From an uncultured Bacteroidales bacterium (GTDB lineage: Bacteria > Bacteroidota > Bacteroidia > Bacteroidales > UBA4417), in assembly GCA_937889945.1 (NCBI GenBank), contig CALBZC010000013.1, positions 46,432 through 110,431 of the forward strand: a DNA stretch of 64,000 nt, read 5' to 3'. Numbering within the stretch: position 1 is the first letter of the stretch; each line of letters begins with the position of its first letter. The notes under the pieces are model-generated. The model was not told where the DNA came from and did not search any database. It worked only from the letters and a program-made list of their open reading frames with translations. Below, piece after piece: positions 55,259-64,000 of the stretch. Made by a program: the position numbers and the translations under genes.

Positions 55259-56899
55259 ATGAGCATGTTTTGCAATCAATGTCAAGAAGCCGCCAAAAAT
55301 GTAGCCTGTACAATTAACGGGGTATGCGGTAAAACATCAACAGTTTCCAACTTACAGGACCTACTGGTTTATACCTGCAAAGGTTTAGCTTATGTGGCGG
55401 CAGAAGCCCGCAAGCAAGGCGTGGATACCAATAAAGCAGATAAATTTATCGTGAACGGCTTGTTTATTACCATTACCAACGCCAATTTTGACGGACAAGC
55501 TATTACAAAAACGATTGAAGAAGGTATTAAGTTACGCGACGAGTTAAAAAAATCTTTGAATAACGCGCACGCTCTCACCCATGATTGCGTTACATGGAAC
55601 GGCAACACGGATTCATTCGAAGAAAAAAGCATGCACGTAGGGCTTTTATCTCTTTCAAGTCATGAAGATCTCCGCTCGTTAAAAGAATATATAACCTTTG
55701 GGTTAAAAGGGTTGGCTGCATACGCTGAGCATGCGTTTAATTTAGGCTATGAAGATGAAAGTATTTATGAATTTTTGGAAGACGCTTTGATTGCTATGGT
55801 GGAAGACAAAACCATTGATGAATTGCTTGATTTGTTGATGCGCACAGGCGAATATGGCGTAAAAGTAATGGCACTGCTTGATAAAGCAAATACAGAAACG
55901 TTTGGCAATCCTGAAATTACAAAGGTAAACATAGGTGTAGGAACCAATCCGGGCATTTTAGTGAGCGGGCATGATTTAAAAGACCTGGAACAATTGCTTT
56001 TACAAAGTGAAGGACAAGGCGTAGATATTTATACACACTCTGAAATGTTACCTTCGCATGCCTATCCTAAGTTTAAAAAATATGCTCATTTAAAAGGAAA
56101 TTATGGAGGTGCATGGCATCAGCAGTTAAAAGATTTTGAAAGCTTTAACGGTCCTATTTTATTTACAACCAACTGCTTAGTTCCTCCAAGAAGAGATAAT
56201 ACTTATAACGACAGGGTTTTCACGACAGGAGCTACCGGCATGCCGGGCTGGAAACATATCACCAACCATCTTGCTGACGGACAAAAAGATTTTAGTGAGA
56301 TAATAGAAATGGCTAAGAAGTGCGCCCCTCCTACAGCTATCGAAAGTGGAGAGCTAACCATAGGTTTTGCACACAACCAAGTACTACAGTTGGCAGATAA
56401 AATTTTGGATGCCGTAAACTCCGGAGCCATCAAAAAAATGGTTGTAATGTCAGGCTGCGATGCCCGCCAGAATTCAAGAGAATATTATACCGAATTTGCC
56501 AAACAATTACCCAAAGACACTGTTATATTAACTTCCGGTTGTGCAAAATACAGGTATAATAAACTCCAACTCGGAGATATAGGAGGCATTCCGCGCGTAT
56601 TGGATGCCGGTCAGTGTAACGACTCTTTTTCATGGGCATTGGTGGCATTAAAACTGAAAGAAGTATTGAACTTAGACGATATTAACAAGCTTCCTATTGT
56701 ATTCAATATAGGTTGGTATGAGCAAAAAGCGATTATAGTTCACCTTGCATTGTTATACTTAGGCATAAAGGATACGCACATAGGACCTACGTTGCCTGCA
56801 TTTTTAACACCTAACGTGTTAGCCGTGGCACAGGAAAAATTTGGCGTTGGAAGCATTACTACCGTGGAGAATGACATGAAAGTATTTGGATTAAATTAG
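55259..56899 (+). CDS. hcp: Hybrid-cluster protein / hydroxylamine reductase
   Basis: N-terminal Cys cluster MFCNQCQEA...C...C. Size and overall pattern fit Hcp. The true start may be Met3 (55265). Confidence 0.9.
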   Translation: MSMFCNQCQEAAKNVACTINGVCGKTSTVSNLQDLLVYTCKGLAYVAAEARKQGVDTNKADKFIVNGLFITITNANFDGQAITKTIEEGIKLRDELKKSLNNAHALTHDCVTWNGNTDSFEEKSMHVGLLSLSSHEDLRSLKEYITFGLKGLAAYAEHAFNLGYEDESIYEFLEDALIAMVEDKTIDELLDLLMRTGEYGVKVMALLDKANTETFGNPEITKVNIGVGTNPGILVSGHDLKDLEQLLLQSEGQGVDIYTHSEMLPSHAYPKFKKYAHLKGNYGGAWHQQLKDFESFNGPILFTTNCLVPPRRDNTYNDRVFTTGATGMPGWKHITNHLADGQKDFSEIIEMAKKCAPPTAIESGELTIGFAHNQVLQLADKILDAVNSGAIKKMVVMSGCDARQNSREYYTEFAKQLPKDTVILTSGCAKYRYNKLQLGDIGGIPRVLDAGQCNDSFSWALVALKLKEVLNLDDINKLPIVFNIGWYEQKAIIVHLALLYLGIKDTHIGPTLPAFLTPNVLAVAQEKFGVGSITTVENDMKVFGLN

Positions 56900-56905
56900 C
56901 AATAT

Positions 56906-57085
56906 ATGGAAAATGACGAACTCATATGCTCTTGTAATTCGGTTTACAAAAACCGGATTGTGAAAGCTATAAAACAACAAGATTTAAAAACGGTAGAAGA
57001 AGTAAGCAATGCAACAAATGCCGGTACTGTTTGTGGTGTTTGTCATGGCGACATTCAGATGATTCTGGATGAAACAAGGAAATAG
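56906..57085 (+). CDS. BFD-like [2Fe-2S]-binding domain protein (59 aa, below the ORF-track threshold)
   Basis: Translated by hand: MENDELICSCNSVYKNRIVKAIKQQDLKTVEEVSNATNAGTVCGVCHGDIQMILDETRK. The C-x-C ... C-G-x-C spacing and AGT.CG.C motif are typical of the BFD-like ferredoxin domain. It starts 6 nt after the hcp stop and is followed by a strong terminator. Confidence 0.75.
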   Translation: MENDELICSCNSVYKNRIVKAIKQQDLKTVEEVSNATNAGTVCGVCHGDIQMILDETRK

Positions 57086-57104
57086 TTTTTTGTTAATGTG
57101 ATGA

Positions 57105-57150
57105 GAAACGGCTTTCTATCTGCAAGGATAGATGCCGTTTTTCTATTTTT
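57105..57150 (+). terminator. Rho-independent terminator of the hcp / bfd-like unit
   Basis: Extended hairpin: aaacggc..tctatc tgcaag gataga..gccgttt, followed by ttctattttt. Confidence 0.8.
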
Positions 57151-57317
57151 AAAGCTTTTTATAATTTTGCATTTGAAAAAAGTAATACTTTTGATAAAAA
57201 ATACATTTACATATTCTGTTATGTAATTATACAATATTTGTGTCCTTTTATACATGCAATGCAAAAATGGCATGTATATTTTTTACAGCATTATAAATAA
57301 TAAAAAATAATAAAAAA

Positions 57318-57695
57318 ATGAAAAAAGTAATTCACACCGACAATGCGCCGAAAGCTATCGGACCTTACAGCCAAGCTATTGAAAACAGCGGGATTTTATT
57401 TGTTTCCGGACAAACTCCCATTGACCCTGCAACAGGCAAACTTGTAGAAGGCGGCATAAAAGAACAAGCTGAACAGGTAATGAAAAATATTGAAGCTATC
57501 CTCACCGAAGCCGGATATACATTTGCAGATGTTGTAAAAACAACCTGCTTATTGAGCGATATGGATAATTTTGCTGCCATGAATGAAGTTTATGGTAAAC
57601 GTTTTCCCGAAAAACAACCTGCGCGCGCCGCGTATGGCGTAGTAAAACTTCCTTTGGGATGCATGGTTGAAATTGAAGCTATCGCGATGAAATAA
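57318..57695 (+). CDS. ridA: RidA/YjgF-family reactive-intermediate deaminase
   Basis: APKAIGPYSQAI, GQTPIDP, PARAAYGVVKLPLGCMVEIEAIA. Confidence 0.9.
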   Translation: MKKVIHTDNAPKAIGPYSQAIENSGILFVSGQTPIDPATGKLVEGGIKEQAEQVMKNIEAILTEAGYTFADVVKTTCLLSDMDNFAAMNEVYGKRFPEKQPARAAYGVVKLPLGCMVEIEAIAMK

Positions 57696-57714
57696 AAAGT
57701 TTTATGCATAATAC

Positions 57715-57750
57715 AAAGGCTGCCATCCTGTTTTGGATGCAGCCTTTTTT
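57715..57750 (+). terminator. Rho-independent terminator of ridA
   Basis: Stem ggctgc(c)atcc / ggatgcagcc followed by T6. Confidence 0.8.
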
Positions 57751-58112
57751 ATTTGCTTTTCAAATACAAATAAGTTACCCCTCATCAATTAAATTTTTCA
57801 TAAGAACATACGTTTATAGTTGAATATACGCAAATAACCTTTTTTACGCTATCGGAAGAAGTAGTATTTGGTTAAGAGTAATCAGTTCCGAGTTTAGAGA
57901 TATATTATTTTGATTAATAAATATTCACAAAATACCAGACACGCCCTTTTATATTTAACTTGACAGTAGGTAAATAAAAAAACGATTAAATAATCAATAA
58001 CGCCGGATAAATGAAGGCATCCTGAAATAAAAAAATACTGAGTTTTGACTTTCGGGGTTAGTAATAAAAAATAAATGTTTAAACTTGCACTCTCAATCAA
58101 ATTTATATCACT

Positions 58113-60278
58113 ATGAAAAAAATATTTTTCCCTCTTTTCTTATTTCTTTTTTTATTCACTACCGTAGCCCGTGCAGGCGAAGGTATGTGGCTGCCGTTGC
58201 TGCTGCAACAGCTTAACGAAAAAGAAATGCGCACAATGGGCATGCGCATCACTGCCGAGGACATCTATTCCATTAACAAATCGAGTTTAAAAGATGCAAT
58301 TGTGCAATTTGGCGGCGGATGCACAGGCGAACTGGTTTCTAACCAAGGATTGTTGCTTACCAACCACCATTGCGGCTATGGAGAAATACAAAATCACAGC
58401 ACATTGGAACATGACTACCTGCGTTATGGCTTTTGGGCGCAATCGTTACAGGAGGAGTTACCCAATCCGGGGTTAACCGTTACTTTTTTAATTCGCATGG
58501 ATGATGTTACAAAAAGTGTGTTGAAAGGTGTTACCGATAAAATGACACAAGCCGAACGTACAAAAAAAATAAATGCAAACATTGATATCATTGCAGCCAA
58601 TGCAGTAAAAGGAACAGGCTATGAAGCTTATATTAAACCTTTTTATAACGGCAATCAATATTATATGTTTACTACCGAAACTTTTAAAGATGTAAGATTG
58701 GTAGGCACGCCACCTTCAAACATAGGCAAGTTCGGCGGCGACACCGATAACTGGATGTGGCCCCGCCATACAGGAGATTTTTCGGTTTTCAGAATATATG
58801 CAGACAAGAACAACAAGCCTGCGCCCTACTCCAAAGACAATGTGCCTTATAAACCCAAAAAGGCGCTCACCATTTCTTTAAAAGGAATCCAAGAAAACGA
58901 TTTCACCTTCGTTTACGGATATCCGGGCAGAACACAAGAATATATTCCCTCCTACGCGGTTGACATGTTCGCCAACAAACAAAATCCGGTTGCCATAGGA
59001 CTACGTCAACAACGACTTGATATTATAGGCAATGCCATGAATGCCGACAAACTGACACGCATTCAATATTCATCTAAAGCCGCAGGAATTTCAAACGCGT
59101 GGAAAAAATGGATTGGCGAAACCAAAGGTATTAACAGGCTTAAAGCCGTAGAGAAAAAGCAAGCTTTTGAAAATGCTTTTCAGCAATGGGCAAAAACAAA
59201 TACGTCTTTTAACGGGAAATACGAACAACTTCTACCCTCATTCAAAAATAATTATGAGAAACTGGTTCCCGTACAAATTGCAAATGTATATATAAATGAA
59301 GCCCTCCTCGCTCCTGAAATTATACGTTTCGCCTATCGTTTCAACAAGCTTATAAATGCTGCGGCTCAAAGTTTAAACAATGCGGAAACACTAAAAGAAA
59401 TTGCAGACCAAAAAGCTTATGTTGCCGAATATTTTAAAGATTATAATGTTCAGGTGGACAAAAAAATATTTAATGCAACCTACAATACCTATATCAAAAA
59501 AGCAGAAGCTTCTTTACAGCCGCCTGTTATAAACGAAATAATGAGCAAAAACGGTGGAAATATAGAAAAATGGGCTGATGAACTATATGGAAAGAGTGTT
59601 TTTACAAATGCCGATGAAATAAACAAATTACTAAATGATGCGGATGCAAAAAAAATAGCCCAACTGGCTTATGATCCTGCATATGTATTGGCTAAAGGTA
59701 TTATGGAATATCAAAAAAATGATATTATGCCCCGTTTAAATGTTATAAATGCCGTTAACGACAGCCTACAACGCTTATACATGGCAGGGCAAATGGACTA
59801 TCAGCCTAAGAAAACATTTTATCCTGATGCAAACTTCACCTTGCGCGTAGGCTATGGAAAGGTGAAAGGTTTTTATCCGTATGACGGGGTTTATTATAAC
59901 TGGTTTACAACGCTTGACGGAATTATGGACAAGGAAAATCCGGATATATACGATTACGTGGTGGAACCTAAACTAAAAGAGCTTTACAAAAATGAGGATT
60001 ATGGATGCTATGCCGATAAAAAAGACAAGAAAATGCATGTGGCATTTATAGCCACCAACCACACAACAGGCGGCAACAGCGGAAGTCCTGTATTTAATGC
60101 CGACGGACACCTGATAGGTTTAAACTTCGACCGCGTATGGGAAGGCACCATGAGCGATATGATGTATGATCCCGATATGTGTCGTAATATTACGCTTGAT
60201 ATCAGATATTGCTTGTTCATCATCGATAAGTTTGCTGGCGCCAAACGCTTGATTAACGAGATGAATATCGCGAAATAA
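58113..60278 (+). CDS. S46-family dipeptidyl-peptidase (DPP7/DPP11-like)
   Basis: Signal peptide followed by GEGMWLP. Catalytic-triad contexts TNHHCGYG and TTGGNSGSPVFN. Confidence 0.9.
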   Translation: MKKIFFPLFLFLFLFTTVARAGEGMWLPLLLQQLNEKEMRTMGMRITAEDIYSINKSSLKDAIVQFGGGCTGELVSNQGLLLTNHHCGYGEIQNHSTLEHDYLRYGFWAQSLQEELPNPGLTVTFLIRMDDVTKSVLKGVTDKMTQAERTKKINANIDIIAANAVKGTGYEAYIKPFYNGNQYYMFTTETFKDVRLVGTPPSNIGKFGGDTDNWMWPRHTGDFSVFRIYADKNNKPAPYSKDNVPYKPKKALTISLKGIQENDFTFVYGYPGRTQEYIPSYAVDMFANKQNPVAIGLRQQRLDIIGNAMNADKLTRIQYSSKAAGISNAWKKWIGETKGINRLKAVEKKQAFENAFQQWAKTNTSFNGKYEQLLPSFKNNYEKLVPVQIANVYINEALLAPEIIRFAYRFNKLINAAAQSLNNAETLKEIADQKAYVAEYFKDYNVQVDKKIFNATYNTYIKKAEASLQPPVINEIMSKNGGNIEKWADELYGKSVFTNADEINKLLNDADAKKIAQLAYDPAYVLAKGIMEYQKNDIMPRLNVINAVNDSLQRLYMAGQMDYQPKKTFYPDANFTLRVGYGKVKGFYPYDGVYYNWFTTLDGIMDKENPDIYDYVVEPKLKELYKNEDYGCYADKKDKKMHVAFIATNHTTGGNSGSPVFNADGHLIGLNFDRVWEGTMSDMMYDPDMCRNITLDIRYCLFIIDKFAGAKRLINEMNIAK

Positions 60279-60297
60279 CGACATATAATTTCTTTTT

Positions 60298-60334
60298 AAA
60301 AAAGGCTAAAGGGTTAAATTTTAGCCTTTTTTGT
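60298..60334 (+). terminator. Rho-independent terminator of the S46 peptidase gene
   Basis: Stem ggctaaa / tttagcc with a 9-nt loop, followed by T6. Confidence 0.7.
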
Positions 60335-60785
60335 TTTTATCTTCTAAACATGCATTATAACTAAGGCTATTTTACGGATAATTCTTTTTTTAATGCTTAT
60401 GAAAATTTTTAAAAATAAGCTACTCATATAGTTGTTGTTCCATCAAATTTTAATGATAATAAACCATATAGTAACATAGTAATATTAAAAAATAATTCAT
60501 CACATTTTGATTAAATTTAAGGCTCCGCTAAGTTTTTTTGCATCCTTTCTTGTATCAACCGAACTACACGAAGTGGAGTGAGCTCGCTGAACACCTTTAG
60601 AATAAACAACAGGTGAAGCAACCAAGAAAGGATGTAGGGTTTGAGGCAAAGCTCCATTAGTTAAAAAGAATAAATAAAGAAAAAAAACGTTTTTATATTC
60701 AATTATAAACTTACATTTTTGTAAAAAATTAACCTTTCGGCAGTGATTTTAAATTTTTGTCATGTGCCAAAATCACACATTTTAA

Positions 60786-61655
60786 CTATCGATTATTGTA
60801 AAACATATAAACGGCATCTGCAAAACCATTAAACGAACTGAAATCTTTGGAGATTATTTTCACGTTTAATCCTTTTTCTTTGGCAAAAGCCGCGGTATAA
60901 ATCCCAAAACAAGCGATATCAATATCTTTTAAAACCATACTCTTTCCAATACGCGAAAGTAAAACTTCAATTTCGGCACTACTTGTAAAAGCAATACAAT
61001 CAATCTTTTTTAATTTTATCAATGCTATGGATGCTTCAATATCAGCAGCTTGTGTTGTATATACATTTACTCGTGTTACTTCCATGCCCATGCTCTTAAG
61101 TTTATCTATAAAATCAGGAACAACAGGAGGCTCTTTTATGCCTAACACTTCAGGAGCAAGCACAGCTATAGTTTTACCTTTTGCATCTCCCTGCTGAAAT
61201 ATTTCATCGGCAATGCCCATGGGACTTGGTTCTTTGGGAATAATGGAAGCCCTTACATGCAATTTTTCAAATACATAGTCGGCATCTTTGCCAATGGCAC
61301 ACAATTTTATTCCCCTCAGGATAGAAGGCGCTATGTTTGCTGCCTTAAGTCCCTGAAAAAGAGCATCTACTGCTTTTCTGCTCGAAAACATAACATAATC
61401 ATATGTAACAATCCTATTCAAAAAACTTTTAACATTACCCTTTATATTTACAGGCACTGTGGTTTGTATGAAAGGACTCGCAATAACGTTAAAAGATTTT
61501 TCGGTGAAAACTTTTTGCATCCGTTCCGAGTAGCCCTTGGGAGCCGTAATCAAGATAGTCTTATTAGTTATACGTTGTGCACGGGCTTCACATTGTATAA
61601 TAATAAAAAAAACAATACATTGCAAAACCATTCCTGCAGTAAAAAATCGTTTCAT
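60786..61655 (-). CDS. Uroporphyrinogen-III synthase (HemD/HEM4)-fold protein with an N-terminal hydrophobic signal/anchor
   Basis: The pattern KTILITAP...YDYVMFSSRKAVDALF...IAVLAPE...IDCIAFTSSAEIEVLL fits the two-lobed HemD fold. The N-terminus MKRFFTAGMVLQCIVFFIIIQCEARAQ is hydrophobic. Confidence 0.6.
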   Translation of the reverse strand: MKRFFTAGMVLQCIVFFIIIQCEARAQRITNKTILITAPKGYSERMQKVFTEKSFNVIASPFIQTTVPVNIKGNVKSFLNRIVTYDYVMFSSRKAVDALFQGLKAANIAPSILRGIKLCAIGKDADYVFEKLHVRASIIPKEPSPMGIADEIFQQGDAKGKTIAVLAPEVLGIKEPPVVPDFIDKLKSMGMEVTRVNVYTTQAADIEASIALIKLKKIDCIAFTSSAEIEVLLSRIGKSMVLKDIDIACFGIYTAAFAKEKGLNVKIISKDFSSFNGFADAVYMFYNNR

Positions 61656-61689
61656 TTTTTATTTGAAGTTAATTATGCAAAAATATCTC

Positions 61690-61697
61690 TATTTTTG
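61690..61697 (+). promoter_or_regulatory. Candidate -7 box TATTTTTG (TAnnTTTG) for mutA-mutB
   Basis: Exact consensus match 42 nt upstream of the mutA ATG. Confidence 0.45.
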
Positions 61698-61738
61698 TAA
61701 TAGAAAATATAAAACCAATTTCGACCAATTATAATACT

Positions 61739-63661
61739 ATGGACCAATATAAAAAAAAGCTGTTTGGCACATTTCCTCCGGTATCTACCGAAGACTGGGA
61801 AGCGAAAATTATAGAAGATTTAAAAGGTGCCGACTACAACAAAAAGCTTATCTGGAAGACAAACGAAGGCTTTGATGTGAAACCATACTACCGCCAAGAA
61901 GACCTTCAAAACTCTTTTCACAAACCCAACACTTCCGAATATGACTACGTAAGGGGCATCAACCGCACTTCCAACAGTTGGGAAATCCGTCAGGATATTG
62001 AAACAGATGATCTTGAAGAAGCCAACACATTAGCGCTTGACGCGATCAAGAGAGGAGCAACCGCGTTATCTCTGGTTGTTTCGGAAGTGGACAAAAGCAG
62101 CGATTTTAACATATTGCTTAAAGACATTGATGTTGCCCACGTCAATATACATTATACAGGAGCTGATTCGAACATAGCCATCGTTAAAATATTATCAGGG
62201 TTTCTAAAAGACAAAACAAACGGTACCGAATTAAGAGGCTCTTTCGATTTTGACCCATTCAGCAACCTCATATTAAACGGAGAATTCAATGAATCGGAGA
62301 AAGACGATTTGGCTAAAATTCCCGAAATGATAAAACTGGGCAAACAACTTGTCCCTAACATGAAAATGATAAATGTAAACGGGCATTACTTCAATTCTGC
62401 CGCTGCTACATTAACCCAGGAGTTAGCATACAGTTTAGCTTCGGGCGCCGAATACATACAACAATGCGTGCAAGCCGGCATCAGCGTTGATGATGTAGCC
62501 CCACGCATCATGTTTTCCTTCGGCTTAGGCTCCTCATACTTCATGGAAATAGCGCGCTTGAGAGCCGCACGCATACTGTGGGCTAAAATAGTGGAACAAT
62601 ATAACCCTTCCGAAGAATCGGCAAAACAGATGTACATACATTGCAACACATCTGCATGGAACAAATCGCTATACGACCCTTATGTTAACATGCTCCGCAC
62701 CACTACCGAATCCATGTCGGCAGTGATGGGAGGCGCGCAATCGTTGAGCGTGTTGCCTTTCGATACTTTTTATAAAGACCCCGATGCTTTCTCTAACCGT
62801 ATAGCCCGCAACCAGCAAGTTATTCTCAAGGAAGAAAGCTATCTTGACAAAGTTGTTGACCCTGCTGCCGGCTCATATTACATAGAAGCGCTTACATCCG
62901 CTATTGCTGAAGCCGCTTGGAAACTGTTTTTGGAAGTAGAAGAAAAAGGCGGCATGCTGGCTGCCATAAAAAGCGGATTTATTCAAGATTGTGTTGAAGC
63001 ATCGGCAAACGAACGCATAAAAGATATTGCAACCCGCAAAACCGTAGCTTTGGGGACAAACCAATATCCCAACCTCAACGAAAAAATGCTGGATAAAATC
63101 AATTTTTCGGAAGATGAAGAAACGGATGAAGAAATGTATGCCAACGAAAACGATGAGGTTGACAATGATGAAGATGAAGAAACTACCTACAAAAAGATAA
63201 CATTGTTTGGCGCCACAGATGTTTTTGACCAATTGCGCTTAGCAACCGAACAATACGAAGCCGAAGGCAACAAACGCCCTTCCGTATTCCTATTCAATAT
63301 AGGTAATTTAGCCATGCGCAAAGCCAGAGCTATGTTTGCTACTAACTTTTTTGGTTGTGCCGGATATGAAATCATTGATAATAATGGGTTTAACACAGTT
63401 GATGAAGGCATCAAAGCTGCCCTTTCATCAAAAGCTGACATTATCACCATTTGCAGCTCTGATGACGAATATGCTACATTAGGTGTTGAAATAGCCGGAA
63501 AATTAAAGAGCAAAATGCCCGAAAGCATTATAGTTATTGCCGGTTATCCTAAAGAGATACTTGAAACATTGCAGAAAGCAGGCGTTGAGGAATTTATCCA
63601 TGTGCGGAGTAATTTACTTGAAACACTTGAAAAGTTTCAGGAGAAACTTGGTATTTTCTAA
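61739..63661 (+). CDS. mutA: Methylmalonyl-CoA mutase small (beta) subunit
   Basis: MCM-like barrel region without the catalytic large-subunit motifs, an acidic linker (EDEETDEEMYANENDEVDNDEDEE) and a C-terminal B12-binding-like Rossmann domain (SVFLFNIG...ITICSSDDEY). It directly precedes mutB. Confidence 0.85.
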   Translation: MDQYKKKLFGTFPPVSTEDWEAKIIEDLKGADYNKKLIWKTNEGFDVKPYYRQEDLQNSFHKPNTSEYDYVRGINRTSNSWEIRQDIETDDLEEANTLALDAIKRGATALSLVVSEVDKSSDFNILLKDIDVAHVNIHYTGADSNIAIVKILSGFLKDKTNGTELRGSFDFDPFSNLILNGEFNESEKDDLAKIPEMIKLGKQLVPNMKMINVNGHYFNSAAATLTQELAYSLASGAEYIQQCVQAGISVDDVAPRIMFSFGLGSSYFMEIARLRAARILWAKIVEQYNPSEESAKQMYIHCNTSAWNKSLYDPYVNMLRTTTESMSAVMGGAQSLSVLPFDTFYKDPDAFSNRIARNQQVILKEESYLDKVVDPAAGSYYIEALTSAIAEAAWKLFLEVEEKGGMLAAIKSGFIQDCVEASANERIKDIATRKTVALGTNQYPNLNEKMLDKINFSEDEETDEEMYANENDEVDNDEDEETTYKKITLFGATDVFDQLRLATEQYEAEGNKRPSVFLFNIGNLAMRKARAMFATNFFGCAGYEIIDNNGFNTVDEGIKAALSSKADIITICSSDDEYATLGVEIAGKLKSKMPESIIVIAGYPKEILETLQKAGVEEFIHVRSNLLETLEKFQEKLGIF

Positions 63662-63696
63662 AAAAATCATTCGTTCAACTTAAAATAAAGTTTTAA

Positions 63697-64000
63697 ATGC
63701 GACCAAATTTTAAAAATATAGATATTAAAAGCGGGTTGAAATCGACATTAAAAGCACAACCCTCCACGGCTGAATGGATGACCAATGAGCAAATCCCTGT
63801 TAAATCCATATACACAGCCGATGACCTTAACGGAATGGAGCATTTGCAATATGCTGCCGGATTAGCGCCCTTTTTAAGAGGACCATACAGCACCATGTAT
63901 GTAATGAAACCTTGGACTATACGCCAATATGCCGGTTTTTCAACTGCCGAAGAGTCAAACGCTTTCTACCGCCGCAACTTGGCTGCCGGACAAAAAGGAC
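63697..64000 (+). CDS. mutB: Methylmalonyl-CoA mutase large (alpha) subunit, 5' part only (runs off the window)
   Basis: Hand translation from ATG 63697: [13 protein letters not shown]...[48 protein letters not shown]. This is the hallmark N-terminal MCM sequence. It is absent from the track because no stop falls inside the window. Confidence 0.9.
   Translation, partial: MRPNFKNIDIKSGLKSTLKAQPSTAEWMTNEQIPVKSIYTADDLNGMEHLQYAAGLAPFLRGPYSTMYVMKPWTIRQYAGFSTAEESNAFYRRNLAAGQKG

Noticed and set aside
60590-60640. SRP (4.5S) RNA: the string GGUGAAGCAACCAAGAAAGG resembles the conserved 3' strand of SRP RNA domain IV (GGAAGCAGCCAAGG).
   Set aside because: The matching 5' strand (ACCAGG-type asymmetric loop, AGG symmetric-loop side) and the GNRA tetraloop are absent. 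The position where the tetraloop hairpin should be has a 16-nt A/U-rich loop. I cannot support an SRP RNA call.

Overview
AT-rich chromosomal window that looks like Bacteroidota. Support: TAnnTTTG -7 promoter boxes, a type-B (CHU_C) T9SS cargo protein, an S46 dipeptidyl-peptidase, and the hybrid-cluster protein plus methylmalonyl-CoA mutase typical of an anaerobic Bacteroidia-like organism. The taxon is inference only. About 27% of the window is one uninterrupted 17.5-kb gene (3096..20627). It encodes a ~5,840-aa secreted modular surface protein: signal peptide, a unique N-terminal head, more than 45 diverged Ig-like/HYR-type modules in three distinct blocks, 3 DUF11 repeats, 2 cadherin-like Ig domains and a gliding-motility/T9SS type-B C-terminal domain. 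The rest is densely packed housekeeping: lepA, gap, mgtE, relA/spoT, fur-family, purA, ubiB-like kinase, a K+/H+ antiporter, the ribD-ribE-ribBA-ribH operon behind an FMN riboswitch, a yyaL-like gene, MlaD, an AmiC-type amidase with SPOR, an LptD-like OMP, hcp plus a small BFD-like ferredoxin ORF, ridA, the S46 peptidase, and mutA/mutB (mutB runs off the right edge). I saw no rRNA, tRNA, CRISPR array, transposase, integrase or phage genes. Most noteworthy observations: (1) an adjacent gatE-gatD pair of the archaeal-type Glu-tRNA(Gln) amidotransferase in a bacterial context; (2) the giant protein and its unassigned Cys-rich module family; (3) three abutting heptamer-repeat blocks with strong strand asymmetry and G-quadruplex potential in the divergent promoter region upstream of the giant-gene operon; (4) a 1,128-aa GH18-like/CE4 deacetylase/GT2 synthase fusion; (5) sub-threshold small ORFs, one diverged intergenic repeat pair and one G/C-rich intergenic island. 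All calls come from reading the sequence and translations by eye. No searches were run.
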